Assembly: GCA_951406725.2 (NCBI GenBank) | Contig: OX597830.1 | Location: forward strand, 13,454,001-13,518,000 | Source of the DNA: Octopus vulgaris | Lineage: Eukaryota | Direction of reading: 5' to 3' | Length of the DNA: 64,000 nt | In this document: positions 12,571 through 27,147 of the stretch, piece after piece | How the letters are laid out: the number at the start of each line of letters is the position of its first letter | How positions within the stretch are numbered: the stretch's first letter is position 1 | Program-made: the position numbers and the translations under genes | The notes under the pieces: generated by a model | The model's database searches: none | What the model was told of the DNA's origin: nothing | What the model saw: the letters and a program-made list of their open reading frames with translations, nothing else

Positions 12571-13401
12571 AGTAAATGAAATAGAGGAAGCAAGGTTGGT
12601 GCAGGGAAACTTGATAAAGACAGAACTGTGATCAAAGACGTTCCATCCGTGATCATCTCATCCACATCAACATCCTTGGAGAGGTATACACATACATACA
12701 CACTGTGACATAAACATGGTAGCTATAATCTACGAAATTACAAGTAGAGCAGGGCTTTTGAGATTTTATTTCAAAGATACATTTCTCGATAAAATAAATC
12801 ATAATTATTACTAAATTTGGGTATCGATCTATCTTGCCTTCTTTCTCTTTCCCTCTTTCTCTCTTCCCCTGTCTTTCTCGTGCAATTTTTAACGAGTTTG
12901 TATTTCACCTCATTGAACAACGAACATAACATTATCCACACCTCTTGACAATGTTCCAATCAAAGAAACTGAAACTTTCTGCAAATGATAAAGCTCAGAT
13001 GAATGATAACTTTGCTCCCGGAATGAAAGTTCATCAGTAGAAACTTCTATATTGGTAGTAAGAGAGTATTTCAATTTCTAGAGGAAGTTATTCAAGACTA
13101 GGAAAAATTGTCTTCACAAATGATGCTCGAATCACTCTTAAATTCAAACTGCATGCATTGAACAAAATCTAAAAACTCTTCCTCTACGTCCCCACTTAGC
13201 AAAGCATGTGAGCTCCAACAAAAAGATGTGCTCCTATGCATCTTTTCTGTCCCCTCAAAGAACCTTACTCCCCACACTAGCTCCTGTAAACGCGAAAAAA
13301 GTACTGAGAATGAAAGACTTGAAGAATATGTACAACATAAAGGAAACAAACAACTAAACACGACAAACCCAAACTGTAGAACTACACTCACGCACACGCA
13401 T

Positions 13402-13433
<32 letters not shown>

Positions 13434-14055
13434 GTTAAAAAACATATAATAAATGCACAAACAAACTGAAAAATAGACACAGAAGCTCACCACCTCATCA
13501 GTTATTGGCCAGGTCAAACGCAATTTCATGCCTTTAACGATAATGTTGATTCCATCTGGAGGTGCCAGCAACAAAAGGAAGCTGCCGGGAAATGGGACCA
13601 AAACATAACAACAAGAACGAACAGACAATAAATGGATAAACATGTAACATAGAAGTGAACATATGAACATGGTTACAAGGATTAATTATTGATGAATAAA
13701 GCAATAATCAATGACTCTCGAAAAGAAGAGTATGGATACGACATAGATTGAATACTGGATGACTTTGATAATAATAATAATAAGGAGACTCTGGAAATAG
13801 GAGATGAGCGTATGGCAAATAGCTTGCAGTGACAGACACAATGGAAATTGCAAAAACAAAACCCAAATCTATTGGAAGAGGAATATTCCAGAGGCACAGC
13901 CTTTCCCCTTTCTTTTTCTTTCTGCGACTGACGTCTTTTACAGACATGTTAAACAGATCTGGATATAGATAGAAATTCTTTGATAAGTCAATTAACTATC
14001 TTTTACATATGGATGATCTCAAATTGTACACAGAAAATAATAAACAACTCGAAAC

Positions 14056-14470
14056 GGATCTTTTCGGTTTGAACGGCAGTTTTTAACATAATTTCTAGGT
14101 AACTAAAAAATTTTAAACTTCGTATACTGGTAGAATGTGTTTATAAAACATCTTTCTCTCTTGGCTATATTGAGAAAATTCTATAGTTTGTAAGATATTT
14201 GTTTTTTCTTCAATTTCTGCAATTTCAACCAATCAATGACCGTCTATTGAAGTGAAAACATTCTGTGCCGTATGAATATGTCCCTCGTTTAAGAAACAGA
14301 TTGGGTTTATTTACATTTCTGAAGAAAAAAAATACCCTTCCCCCCACCCCTAACCAACCCTAACCCTAAAAGAGATTGATATGCAACAGATCGATACTAG
14401 GGTTATAATTATGGGTGACAATTTCATATGACACCGCTAGAAAAAACTGCTGTTCAAACCGAAAAGATCC
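14056..14470. mobile_element. Second copy of the same MITE, inserted in R4/Dong LINE remnant
   Basis: Same TIRs and interior. TSD CTCGAAAC at 14048-14055 and 14471-14478. Confidence 0.9.
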
Positions 14471-14994
14471 CTCGAAACTTTACTGCAGAAAATACACTAG
14501 TTTACGAAAGAAATAACTATGCGATCCAACTTAGAAAAATATGCCAAAGCGACATTGAAGAGAGAAAAATTAGCAGCAGATAATATCATACTTGAAAAAG
14601 AAATGGGGATAAACGAATTAGACCAAAGACAGTCATACAAATACTTAGGAATCAATGAGTGTACAGCATACACAAGTGAAAGAAAAGCTTATCAGAATGA
14701 TACTTAAAATAGAGTTAAATAAAAAAAAGGGAGAAAAAGGCATCAATAATCTAACAGCCTCATTAACTTAGTCTTAATATTTTAAATTGAACACTAAACA
14801 AGCTAATTACACTAAACAGGAAAACAAAGAAAATAATGATTGCTTTCAGAACATAGCATACAAAATCTGTCTTCCACGAATTCAAGGCAGTAGGTGTTTC
14901 ATACAAATAAGAAAACTATTACAAAATATCCACCGTAGAATTACAAAAATAACTGGAAAATTAATATTTATAACCATGAAACATAGACAGGCGC

Positions 14995-15122
14995 CAACCA
15001 CATGGTTCCCGGTTCAGTCCCACTGCGTGGCACCTTGGGTAAGTGTCTTCTACTATAGCCTCGGGCCGACCAAAGCCTTGTGAGTGGATTTGGTAGACAG
15101 AAATTGAAAGAAGACCGTCATA

Positions 15123-15153
<31 letters not shown>

Positions 15154-15385
15154 ATATATGTGTGTGTATGTGTGTGATTTTGTGTGTCTGTGTTTGTCCC
15201 TTCACCATCGCTTGACAACCGATGCTGGTGTGTTTACGTCCCCGTAACTTAGCGGCTCGGCAAAAAAGACCGATAGGATATGTACTAGGCTTACAAAGAA
15301 TAAATCCTAGGGTCAGTGTGTTCGACTAAAAGCGGTGTTCCAGCATGGCCGCAGTCAAATGACCGAAACAAGTAAAAGAATAAAA
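14995..15385 (+). mobile_element. SINE family B inserted in decayed R4/Dong LINE
   Basis: B box GGTTCAGTCCC through tail GAAACAAGTAAAAG. Confidence 0.85.
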
Positions 15386-15947
15386 TACTAGAATGAAAAC
15401 AAAAAACTCTGTCTCCTAAGGAGCCAACAAATACACAACAGTGCTGCAGTAACAAATGACTATGAAGAAAATTTAGTAAAGTATAAAAACGAAACGTGTA
15501 ACAGCTAAAATCTAAATTTAGGTCTAAACTGAATAGAGTGGAAATAGACAAAGAAACATCTCAACAATGGTCGAAAAGTGCAGAACTCAAAACAGAAGCA
15601 GGATCTAGGATGCATCATCCAAAATCTGACATAGAAAGGCCATATATACAACGTATAGAAGGTGGTAGAGGCCTTATAAAGCTGGAAAACTACTATAAAA
15701 TAACCACCATAGGACTGCAAAAATACCTACTTTTTTATTGCAGCACAGGAACACAGACACCTCTATAGAAACCACAAAAAGTATATAATGAAGCAGACTG
15801 CAGTGACTACAGATTAAATGGAGATGGACGAGGAACATTTAACCTGAGGATCTTTGAATGTCTAGTCCTAATCAAGATATAATATACTAACAGATAAGAT
15901 AAATTTGGGACTTGCATTCACTGGAAGTAGTACAGAACTATGAAATA

Positions 15948-16735
15948 TGATGTGTCCCGCATTATGGCGCTGTATTTCGTCGTCTTGCGTGACTGGCTCG
16001 TACGGCGTATTTCGCCGATTGGCACTACTTGGTGTGTCTGTCCACTATTTGTTAGTATGGACCAGCCCACTTCTCACTTGGGGGTGTCCGCCATAACACC
16101 GCCCCATTTGAGATCTTTTTTCTTCGTTCACACAACTTTATTATTATTTCTTTTTACATTTTTTTCTTCTACACAGAGAATTATTTTTCCCTTTAGAATG
16201 CCACAGGTAGTACCCGTCTACATTGTTTATCGGTAGTGCTACTAGCACATAGCGACCTGACTTAAATCCTTCCCACAGACTTATTATTATTGCTTTTATT
16301 TTTTCTTCCACACAATTATTTTTATTTTCAGAATACCGTAGGTAGTACCAATCTACATTGTTTACCGGTAGCGTTACTAACACATAACAACCTGACTAAA
16401 ATCCTTCGAACGGGATTGATATTATTTTTTACTGTGTGTAGTTCAGTTCTGTGTTAGAGTTCCAGTTTTATCCGACATTTTTTCTTCAGAACCTTTTTTC
16501 AATAGATCTTATATATTTTTCACTGTGTGTAGTTCAGTTCCTTCTTCAACAGGATTTATTTTTCATTGCGTGTGTACGAATACTCGTCGCCACTGATATG
16601 TCCCGCATTATGACAACGTATTTCGTAACTGGCCCGTACGGCGTACCTCGCCAACTTACACTACTTGCTGTGCCCGTGCACTATTTATTAGTAGTGGACC
16701 AGCCCACTTCTCACTTGGGGGTGTCCACCACAACA
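15948..16735 (-). mobile_element. TRIM-type non-autonomous LTR retrotransposon (788 bp)
   Basis: LTRs 15948-16098 and 16594-16735, both TG...CA. 5-bp TSD AAATA (15943-15947, 16736-16740). Minus-strand PBS TGGCGACGAG (16583-16592). Purine-rich AAATGGGGCGG next to the other LTR. Confidence 0.85.
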
Positions 16736-17114
16736 AAATACCAACTGAAAATAGATGGTATAGACATACACCAGAAAAGGTCTTCGAGAATGGCAATGCC
16801 ACCATACTCTGGAACAGTCCAACAAACACAGATCAAGGTTAACCGACCAAATATTGTTACCGAGGAAAGCAGGAAGAGACATTTCTGAATCGACATGCAA
16901 GTATCAATAGGTGATGAAGTATCTCTAAAAGGATAGAGGGAAATTATCTAAGTAATTTCTGGAAATAGAGGTATCCCGAATGATAGATAATTTGGAAACA
17001 ATAAAAAATCATAGAACATAGAAATAAGTATAACGCACAGAAAATACCATTGCTAGGTACCGTATGTGTGTGTGTGTCTGTCTGTGTGTATTAAAATAGT
17101 TCTACATACGATGT

Positions 17115-17216
17115 ACATCTTCGACTGATATACCCTCCAGCCTTCATCAGGTGTCTTGTGGAAATTTCGAATCTGGGTTCTCATTCCTAAAGTATTTTTC
17201 GATGTTGTTATTATTA

Positions 17217-17265
<49 letters not shown>

Positions 17266-17460
17266 TATTATTATTATCATTATCATTATTATTCAGGTCA
17301 CTGCCTGGAATCAAATTCGGAATCTTGGGGTTAGTAGCCCGCACTCTTAACCACTACGCCATATGCCCACGGCTGGAGGGTATATCAGCCGAAAGGTTGT
17401 GTTAACAACAAACAAGATGAGAACAAATATCCGTCAATTGTAAATAATGTAAATAAATAA
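17115..17460 (-). mobile_element. tRNA-headed element with (AAT)n spacer and hammerhead-type tail, plus inverted tail copy at its 5' end
   Basis: Minus-strand head GGGCATATGGCGTAGTGGTTAAG...ATTTGATTCC (17293-17368). Tail contains CTGATGA-AGGCTG...CAGTC-GAAG. Tail sequence is repeated inverted from 17371 and also occurs at 40955-41128 and 43835-43905. Confidence 0.65.
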
Positions 17461-17636
17461 CTTGTCCTGCTTTCCATTTTTTCTCGTTGTTTACGTACTT
17501 TACACGTTTCCACCTCTTTGTTTACGTATTCATATCATTTGCACTGTTGGTGACGTGCTGTACCCATACATGCATCTATATATATAATTATATCTATATC
17601 TACCTATCTACCTATCTCTCTCTATATATATATATG

Positions 17637-17702
<66 letters not shown>

Positions 17703-18442
17703 CGTATATATATGTATATATATATATACATGTATACACATGTCTTCTTTTTTTTTATTCCAAATGGATGATTGCCAGCCGGTATTATCTCCTTATTTTT
17801 CGGTTCTCTTATCTTCCTTTATTTATTAGCTTTGATACGGTTGATATATATTCCAAAAACCCACAAAGAACCACCCCTGTCACTTGATATATGTTAAGTA
17901 TGATACCTTCTTGTCGAATTCTGCTGTTCTGCTCCACTGACGTTTCTTTTCTTACCTTTTCATCATATTTTGCTTATTTTTCTTCATTCATTATTTGGGC
18001 GAGACTAATATATTTTTCATATTTTTGTATGAACCTTATTGCCCGAAGAAGTGATGCATAAGCGGATTGCATAACACTGCAGCGGAATATGCATTATTGA
18101 AACGAACATATTGAAATATTTTTTTTTGTTATGTTTCTGATATAACTTATTCTTTTTTCATATTATATTTCATATTACAATGCATACGACCGTGTACATT
18201 ACTAAACATCCACACATGTGCACTATGGAATTTAATATATTATACTGAGTTTTTATGTAATGGACTATATGTTGTACTTATACAGGTCACCATAGTCTTC
18301 GTTATTTGAAGCCCTGCCATAGAAGTTCCAAGTGTATATAGAGGCTCAACCACAACGGATCTTCAGGGAACACTTTATTATATCAAGAGGCAGCTGAGAA
18401 TATAAAAGTTAAACCATCTCCTTCATCTTCATGTCTACACCT

Positions 18443-18674
18443 ATTTCTTTATTACCCACAAGGGGCTAAACACAGAGAGGACAAACAAGGACAGACAAAC
18501 GGATTACGTCGATTACATCGACCCCAGTGCGTAACTGGTACTTAATTTATCGACCCTGAAAGGATGAAAGGCAAAGTCGACCTCGGCGGAATTTGAACTC
18601 AGAACGTAACGGCAGACTAAATATGGCTTCGCATTTCACCCGGCATGCTAACGTTTCTGCCAGCTCGCCGCCTT
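18443..18674 (-). mobile_element. SINE family A, tail A, full length with TSD
   Basis: Flanked by direct repeat CTTCATGTCTACACCT (18427-18442 and 18672-18687, partly overlapping the head). Confidence 0.9.
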
Positions 18675-18973
18675 CATGTCTACACCTGTCTGTTTCCTGT
18701 CGAATTCATCTATTTTGTATTTTATATTTTTTATGTATTTTTTAGACACTTTCTAAGATTTAAAAAAAAATGATTTAACTACTTTACTCTCTATCGTATC
18801 TCTTTTCTCTCTTTCGTTAAAATTAAAAATAGTCAATTTCTTGAACTCAGAGCCATTATTTTAACTGATATGACACAAAATATATTTATTATTTATATTT
18901 ATTTTTAATGACCATACCAAGCTAATTTCATCTAATCGGTCTTCCATATATTGTGTGTGTGCGTGTATATATA

Positions 18974-19034
<61 letters not shown>

Positions 19035-21269
19035 GGGAGACTTTACGAAAAAAACAAAAGACGAAGACAGGTGGTGTACAAAACAAACAGATGTATTAGT
19101 ATAACGCTCAGGAATAGAAAAAGTCTTTTACGTTTCGAGCCTACGCTCTTCTACAGAAAGGGACAAAAAAAAAAAAACAAGGAGAGAAAAAAATGTGTGT
19201 TGTGGCTAACGATCTATCATGGTGACACACACACACACACACACATATATATATCTGTGTGTATGCGTGTGTGTATCAAAGGTAGAACAGAAAAAACACA
19301 ACATGAGGAAAAAAGGGCGATAGCACGAGAACGGCAAACAAGACAAAACAAGATACACGGAACCGGTTGGGCCAGGGACTTAAGCTAAAAGCATGAAGCT
19401 GTTGGGCAAGGCAAACGAACCTACATATACGAAAACAATTAAGTAAATAAAAGAAAAGGTCTTTCGACTATCGGACGAACGTAACATATGAAATAGAATT
19501 ATACATATACAATGGACAAACGCCTTTCGGCTGTACAAGAAAAGGAAAATAATTATTACAACAAAAATAAAACTAAACAAACAGTGTCTTTCAAATATTA
19601 GACGAGTGTAGCAAGCTAGCGCAAGGAAAATGGAAATGGAAAAATCTTAACAGACCGGGCAGCAGGAGAGAGCGGAACAGACGCGTCCGACCTCAAAGGC
19701 GGCCGGCCGAAAAAGGACGACAATGTCTGAATCAGAGAGCGATCACGTGGTAGAGGAGGGGATGAGTTGAAGAGGGCAGAGGGACTAAGGAATAGGAGAG
19801 AAGGGAAGAAATCATAAGTACTAAAGAATGAGAGGGAGAGAGGGAGAGAGAAAGTACAAGAGAGGTAAGTGAGGAAGCAAAGCAAAAGAGATTGAAGAAT
19901 AAGAGGGAGGGGGAAGGGGATAGACAGAGAGGGAAAGGGATAAAGAGAGAAGGAGAGATAGGGGAGGACAGAGAGGGAGAGGAAGAAATGAGGAAGACAG
20001 GTGAGGAAAATAGGGTGAGAGTCGTACATAATATTCAAGGCGTATCTTTTTACATGTCTGGAAACCTCATGGCATACTCAGATTGTTGAAAAATCGATAA
20101 TAGGGCCCCTGGAAGGGATCCTTATGTATATCTAATATATTTTATTTTAAAAATCAAGGGAAATAACCTATTAATTTTTCTAAATTATTTGGCATAAATC
20201 AAATTGAGTATGCTTATTTCTTAGTATTGAACTGTTAGAAGTATTTTCGCAATTTATCCAGTACAATCCTTAAACAAGTAAATAGTATTTTCCTAAACAA
20301 TAGATCCACTTATTTCAGTTAGTGACTTATTCACGAATATACCAACACTAGCGCCCCAGAGAGAACGCACAAAAGTCCTTTTCAGAGTTTTTTCTTTGAA
20401 TTGTTATCTCATATCTGATTAGTCTGTTATTATGTAACATGCTTTACAATTTTAGTATAATACCTTATTAGTATTTTCTCCTATGTTCTATATACTTTTG
20501 CATTAAGGCCCTTTTCGGGGCTACTTTATTTGAATACTTACTATCGGGTAACTAATTTCATGTTATTACATAAGTGACTCCACAATTTGGTTATTCATAA
20601 CTTATTGGGAATTCTTAAAAACAAGATCCTGTGTAAGACAGTTCGGTGTTCTCTGTTAATGCACAAAACCGTTTTAAGTGCTACATACTTTGTATTGTTG
20701 TTATTGGATGAACGAAACAATTATGAGAACAGAACTACGGGATAAGGTCCACTTTTCTGGGAATTACCGGGTACGTCAGCTAAAATAACGGAGTAATAAA
20801 CATATCACGTTTATATGTAAATATAAATAAGTCTGGGTACTATTGTTATAATTGTATTTATAATTATAATGATACAAACTACTGCACTGATCCTCCCTTC
20901 TAAACACATATAATACGTATATACATATGAGTATGTTTGAGCGGAAATATATGTATATCGAAATCGCGAGGATGATCCGGTTCTTGACTGAAGATTGAAG
21001 GCTTCGAATGTCCCGTCCGTGTTTTTTGTATCGTCTTCTAAATGTTTTGCGTTCTTGTCCCAGTTTGTATTTTTTTACATATGCATACATACATACATGC
21101 ATATATATATATAACTATAAATAAGGGTATCTGAGATACACCACCATGCCGAAATAGCAGTCAAATCCCTGGTGTCTCTCAGATACCCTTATTTATAGTT
21201 GTAAAATATTATTACCTTTGTATGGTATTTATTCCCATGCTAGTCACTTGATAATATCGATATTATCCT

Positions 21270-21324
<55 letters not shown>

Positions 21325-22069
21325 GTGTGTATGTATATATTTATATATATATATATATATATATGTTCCCTCATGTGTATGCAGTTTCGTTCTTACATAA
21401 CTGAAATAACTTTAAGATGTATTGATTTTATAAATTACAATATTACTCTTCTTATAACTTCCTCATACCTCTGTTTATATTTTATCTAATATGAATAATA
21501 TAATGCATCTAATAATAATAATAATAATTGATTCTTGTGTATGCATATACATGCAAATATGTATGTACATTTAAGTGTAGGTATATGTATTTATGTATAT
21601 TCATATATGTATGCATATGCATATGTATAAGTATAAGCATGTAAATGTGTGTGTATTTATTTATATTTATATTTATTTATATTTATAACTTAACCTTATG
21701 TACTTTCTAAAATCCCTGACGAAGCCTAGAGAAACACCCAGATACCTCAATTTCATCTACTAATTACTTCAGTCTACTGGAGGAATAAATGTAGAATGAG
21801 ATATTTTTGCCTCTTGGCTGAAACAGCTTCAAGTTATTTTCCCAATTTATATAACTGTATGTTATATTTTAATAATTACTGGTATCTTTATATATTAATA
21901 TATTTTATATGAAAAGAAAAATATGTTATACATGTATGTGTATTCTTGTAATTGTCAGTTTAGTAAATAAATAAATAAGTTGACATAATATTATGTCTAA
22001 AAGTTGATGAACCACCTACTGATCCCCTCCATTTTCTTCTTGCTCTCTCTCTCTCTCTATATATATATA

Positions 22070-22132
<63 letters not shown>

Positions 22133-22318
22133 TAAGTAATTAAGGGTTTAGCAACGAATTGCCTCACCACACACCGAATTTAGAAATAGCAGTCAAAGAG
22201 TTATAGCTATTCTTTCTACTAAAAGGGAGATCTCAGTAAAAACACAGCACTTGAAAGGCAAACACAGACAGGTAAGAGAGAATGAAATGACGGCAATCTA
22301 TCATACAATTTTAAGTCA

Positions 22319-22409
22319 CCTACGGACGTACGTTTCGAAATTAAGTTTTAGGAAAGCATAAGAATTAGATAATTATGTCTTACCCAACTTCTTTTCTCAT
22401 CAGCGTAGG
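22319..22409 (-). ncRNA. Type I hammerhead ribozyme, copy 1
   Basis: Minus strand: CCUACG-CUGAUGA-GAAA...UUUC-GAAAC-GUAC-GUC-CGUAGG. Intact core, 6-bp stem I, palindromic stem III; predicted cut between 22325 and 22324. Confidence 0.85.
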
Positions 22410-22901
22410 ACACTACAATTATGAATAATTGTATATTAAATTTCGAGATACTAGAAGGCATCATCTCAACTCAGTATCAGAGCGAGCTAAAGCCGTTACC
22501 AGTATCACCAAATTCAAAATGTGAATGAAAGTTTGTGTCACCAACCCCTTCCCACCAGCGTGTAGCCAAGACAAGATGCTGTGGTCATTTACTGGGATGA
22601 AATATGGTTATCAGTAATAATATAGGGTGAAATTAATTAATTTGGAATAATCATTAATTACACCAAGTAGATTTCGGCATGTAAAAGCCTCATTCGTGGA
22701 AAGTTTAAGTAATACTAAGTAATTAAGGGTTTAGCAACAAATTGCCTCACCACACACCGAATTTAGAAATAGCAGTCAAAGAGTTATAGCTATTCTTTCT
22801 ACTAAAAGGGAGATCTCAGTAAAAACACAGCACTTGAAAGGCAAACACAGACAGGTAAGAGAGAATGAAATGACGGCAATCTATCATACAATTTTAAGTC
22901 A

Positions 22902-22991
22902 CCTACGGACGTACGTTTCGAAATTAAGTTTTAGGAAAGTATAAAATTAGATAATTATGTCTTACCCAACTTCTTTTCTCATCAGCGTAGG
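22902..22991 (-). ncRNA. Type I hammerhead ribozyme, copy 2
   Basis: Core and stems identical to copy 1; differences only in the stem II loop. Confidence 0.85.
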
Positions 22992-23111
22992 ACACTACAA
23001 TTATGAATAATTGTATATTAAATTTCGAGATACTAGAAGGCATCATCTCAACTCAGTATCAGAGCGAGCTAAAGCCGTTACCAGTATCATCAAATTCAAA
23101 GTGTGAATGAA

Positions 23112-23166
<55 letters not shown>

Positions 23167-23179
23167 ACACGCACACATA

Positions 23180-25355
<2,176 letters not shown>

Positions 25356-25582
25356 GGGGGGGGGGTTAGACATATATCCACATTGGCACACACGCACACA
25401 CGCACGCACACACACACACACGCACACACACACACGCACATATGCATACAAACCATACATACTCTTACATAAACCTACAAATTCATGTATACAGATTATA
25501 CATGTATATATATATGTATATACATGCATATGCGTATTTATTTTTATACGTACACACACACACACAAACAGACGCGTGCACG

Positions 25583-25626
<44 letters not shown>

Positions 25627-25852
25627 GTCGTTCTTATGTTTTGGACTGTAAAAGACGGGTTAGATATCTGTATTGATGAAGCGTAACAACATAGAAATGC
25701 ATGCGTCCCATGGTCCGATGGCTTTTTTTACACATACTGTCTACAAGAAGAATTTTTCTCCCGAGACAAATTCCGCAGCGAATATACACAAACTGCTTAA
25801 ATATTATTGTACCGACCAATATTTCAATGAACTCTGCCCATAAAATTTCTAA

Positions 25853-25914
<62 letters not shown>

Positions 25915-25935
25915 CTTACATGCATAAATATTATT

Positions 25936-25981
<46 letters not shown>

Positions 25982-25983
<2 letters not shown>

Positions 25984-26356
25984 CCACAAATTTAGGGGAA
26001 GAGATTAGTCGATTGCGTCGATCCCAGCGCCTCACTGGGACTTAATTTATCGATCCCGAAAGCATGAAAAGCAAAATCGACCTCGGCGGAATTTGAACTC
26101 AGAAGGTAGCGGCAAACGAAATACCTATTTCTTTACAACCCACAAGGGGCTAAACACAGAGAGGACAAACAAGGACAGACAAACGGATTAAGTCGATTAT
26201 ATCGACCCCAGTGCGTAACTGCTACTTAATTTATCGACCCCGAAAGGATGAAAGGCAAAGTCGACCTCGGGGGATTTTGAACTCAGAACGTAGCGACAGA
26301 CAAAATACCGCTAAGCATTTCGCCCGGCGTGCTAACGATTCTGCCAGCTCAATGTC

Positions 26357-26411
<55 letters not shown>

Positions 26412-26622
26412 CCTTTCTAATATAGGCACAAGGCCTGAAATTGTGGGGAAGGGGACTAGTCGATTTAATTGACCTCAGTGTTTACTGGTACTTAATTTAT
26501 CGACCTCGAAAGGATGAAAGACGAAGTCGACCTCGCTGGAATTAGAAATCAGAACGTAGCGACAGACGAAATTCCGCTAACCATTTCGCCTGGCGTGCGA
26601 ACGATTCTGCCAGCACGCTGCC
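25982..26622 (-). mobile_element. Cluster of three SINE family A copies in (AAT)n tracts; a tail-A copy is nested in a tail-B-like copy
   Basis: Bodies at ~25982-26125, 26126-26350 and 26411-26622. Target motif imperfectly duplicated at 26113-26125 and 26297-26309. Confidence 0.85.
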
Positions 26623-27147
26623 TAATAATAATAACAACAACAGTAACAACAACTGCTACAACAACAATAACAACAACAACAGCAAGTTGACTTAACTCTA
26701 TATGGCTTAAAGTCTCGTGGGCGTGTGATACCGGATACGTGTAGAAAACTGAGAAATTTGTGAACATCCAGGATGGCTTCTCTATATTAGGCCTCTTTTG
26801 TCCAGCTCAGGCCGCGTGAGATTTATGATGTGAAAGCGACACCAGTTATTTATTTTATTTTTAGGTTCACGCGCTTAGACAGGATGTTGGCAGGACAGGC
26901 TGCACTATTGTGTCCACAGAAGGCGGCGAGCTGGCAGAAACGTTAGCGCCGGGCGAAATGCGTAGCCGTATTTCGTCTGTCGCACATGTGTTCGTGAAGT
27001 AAGAATTGCTGTTTCGTGGTGTTAATATTGTTAACAACTGTTGTTTCTTGTTAAACTGTTGAATAACTTAACTGTTGGAGTTTTCAATTGAAAACACTTA
27101 GTGCTTGTGGTAGCACGCGTTGTTCATTCCCCCTTTGGGGGGGAAGA

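Larger units (their letters stand above)
13690..17060 (+). pseudogene. Heavily decayed R4/Dong-clade LINE interrupted by MITE, SINE and TRIM
   Basis: Residual motifs in order: GIFQRHSLSP (~13880), HMDDLKLY (~14005), YKYLGI (~14635), HPKSDIERPYIQRIEGGRGL (~15615), WYRHTPEKV..ENGNATILWN (~16755), NRPNIV, QKIPLLGT (~17040). Start is approximate. Confidence 0.8.
22131..23116 (-). mobile_element. Non-coding tandem element (583-bp unit, ~1.7 copies) with hammerhead ribozymes; retrozyme or Penelope pLTR-like
   Basis: 22131-22534 is almost identical to 22714-23116. Both ends are embedded in (TA)n and each repeat carries a hammerhead. Confidence 0.8.

Noticed and set aside
17293-17368. Functional tRNA gene
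   Set aside because: Acceptor and T stems are degenerate and it is joined to repeat sequence; treated as a SINE-like head. The same applies to the heads of families A-C.
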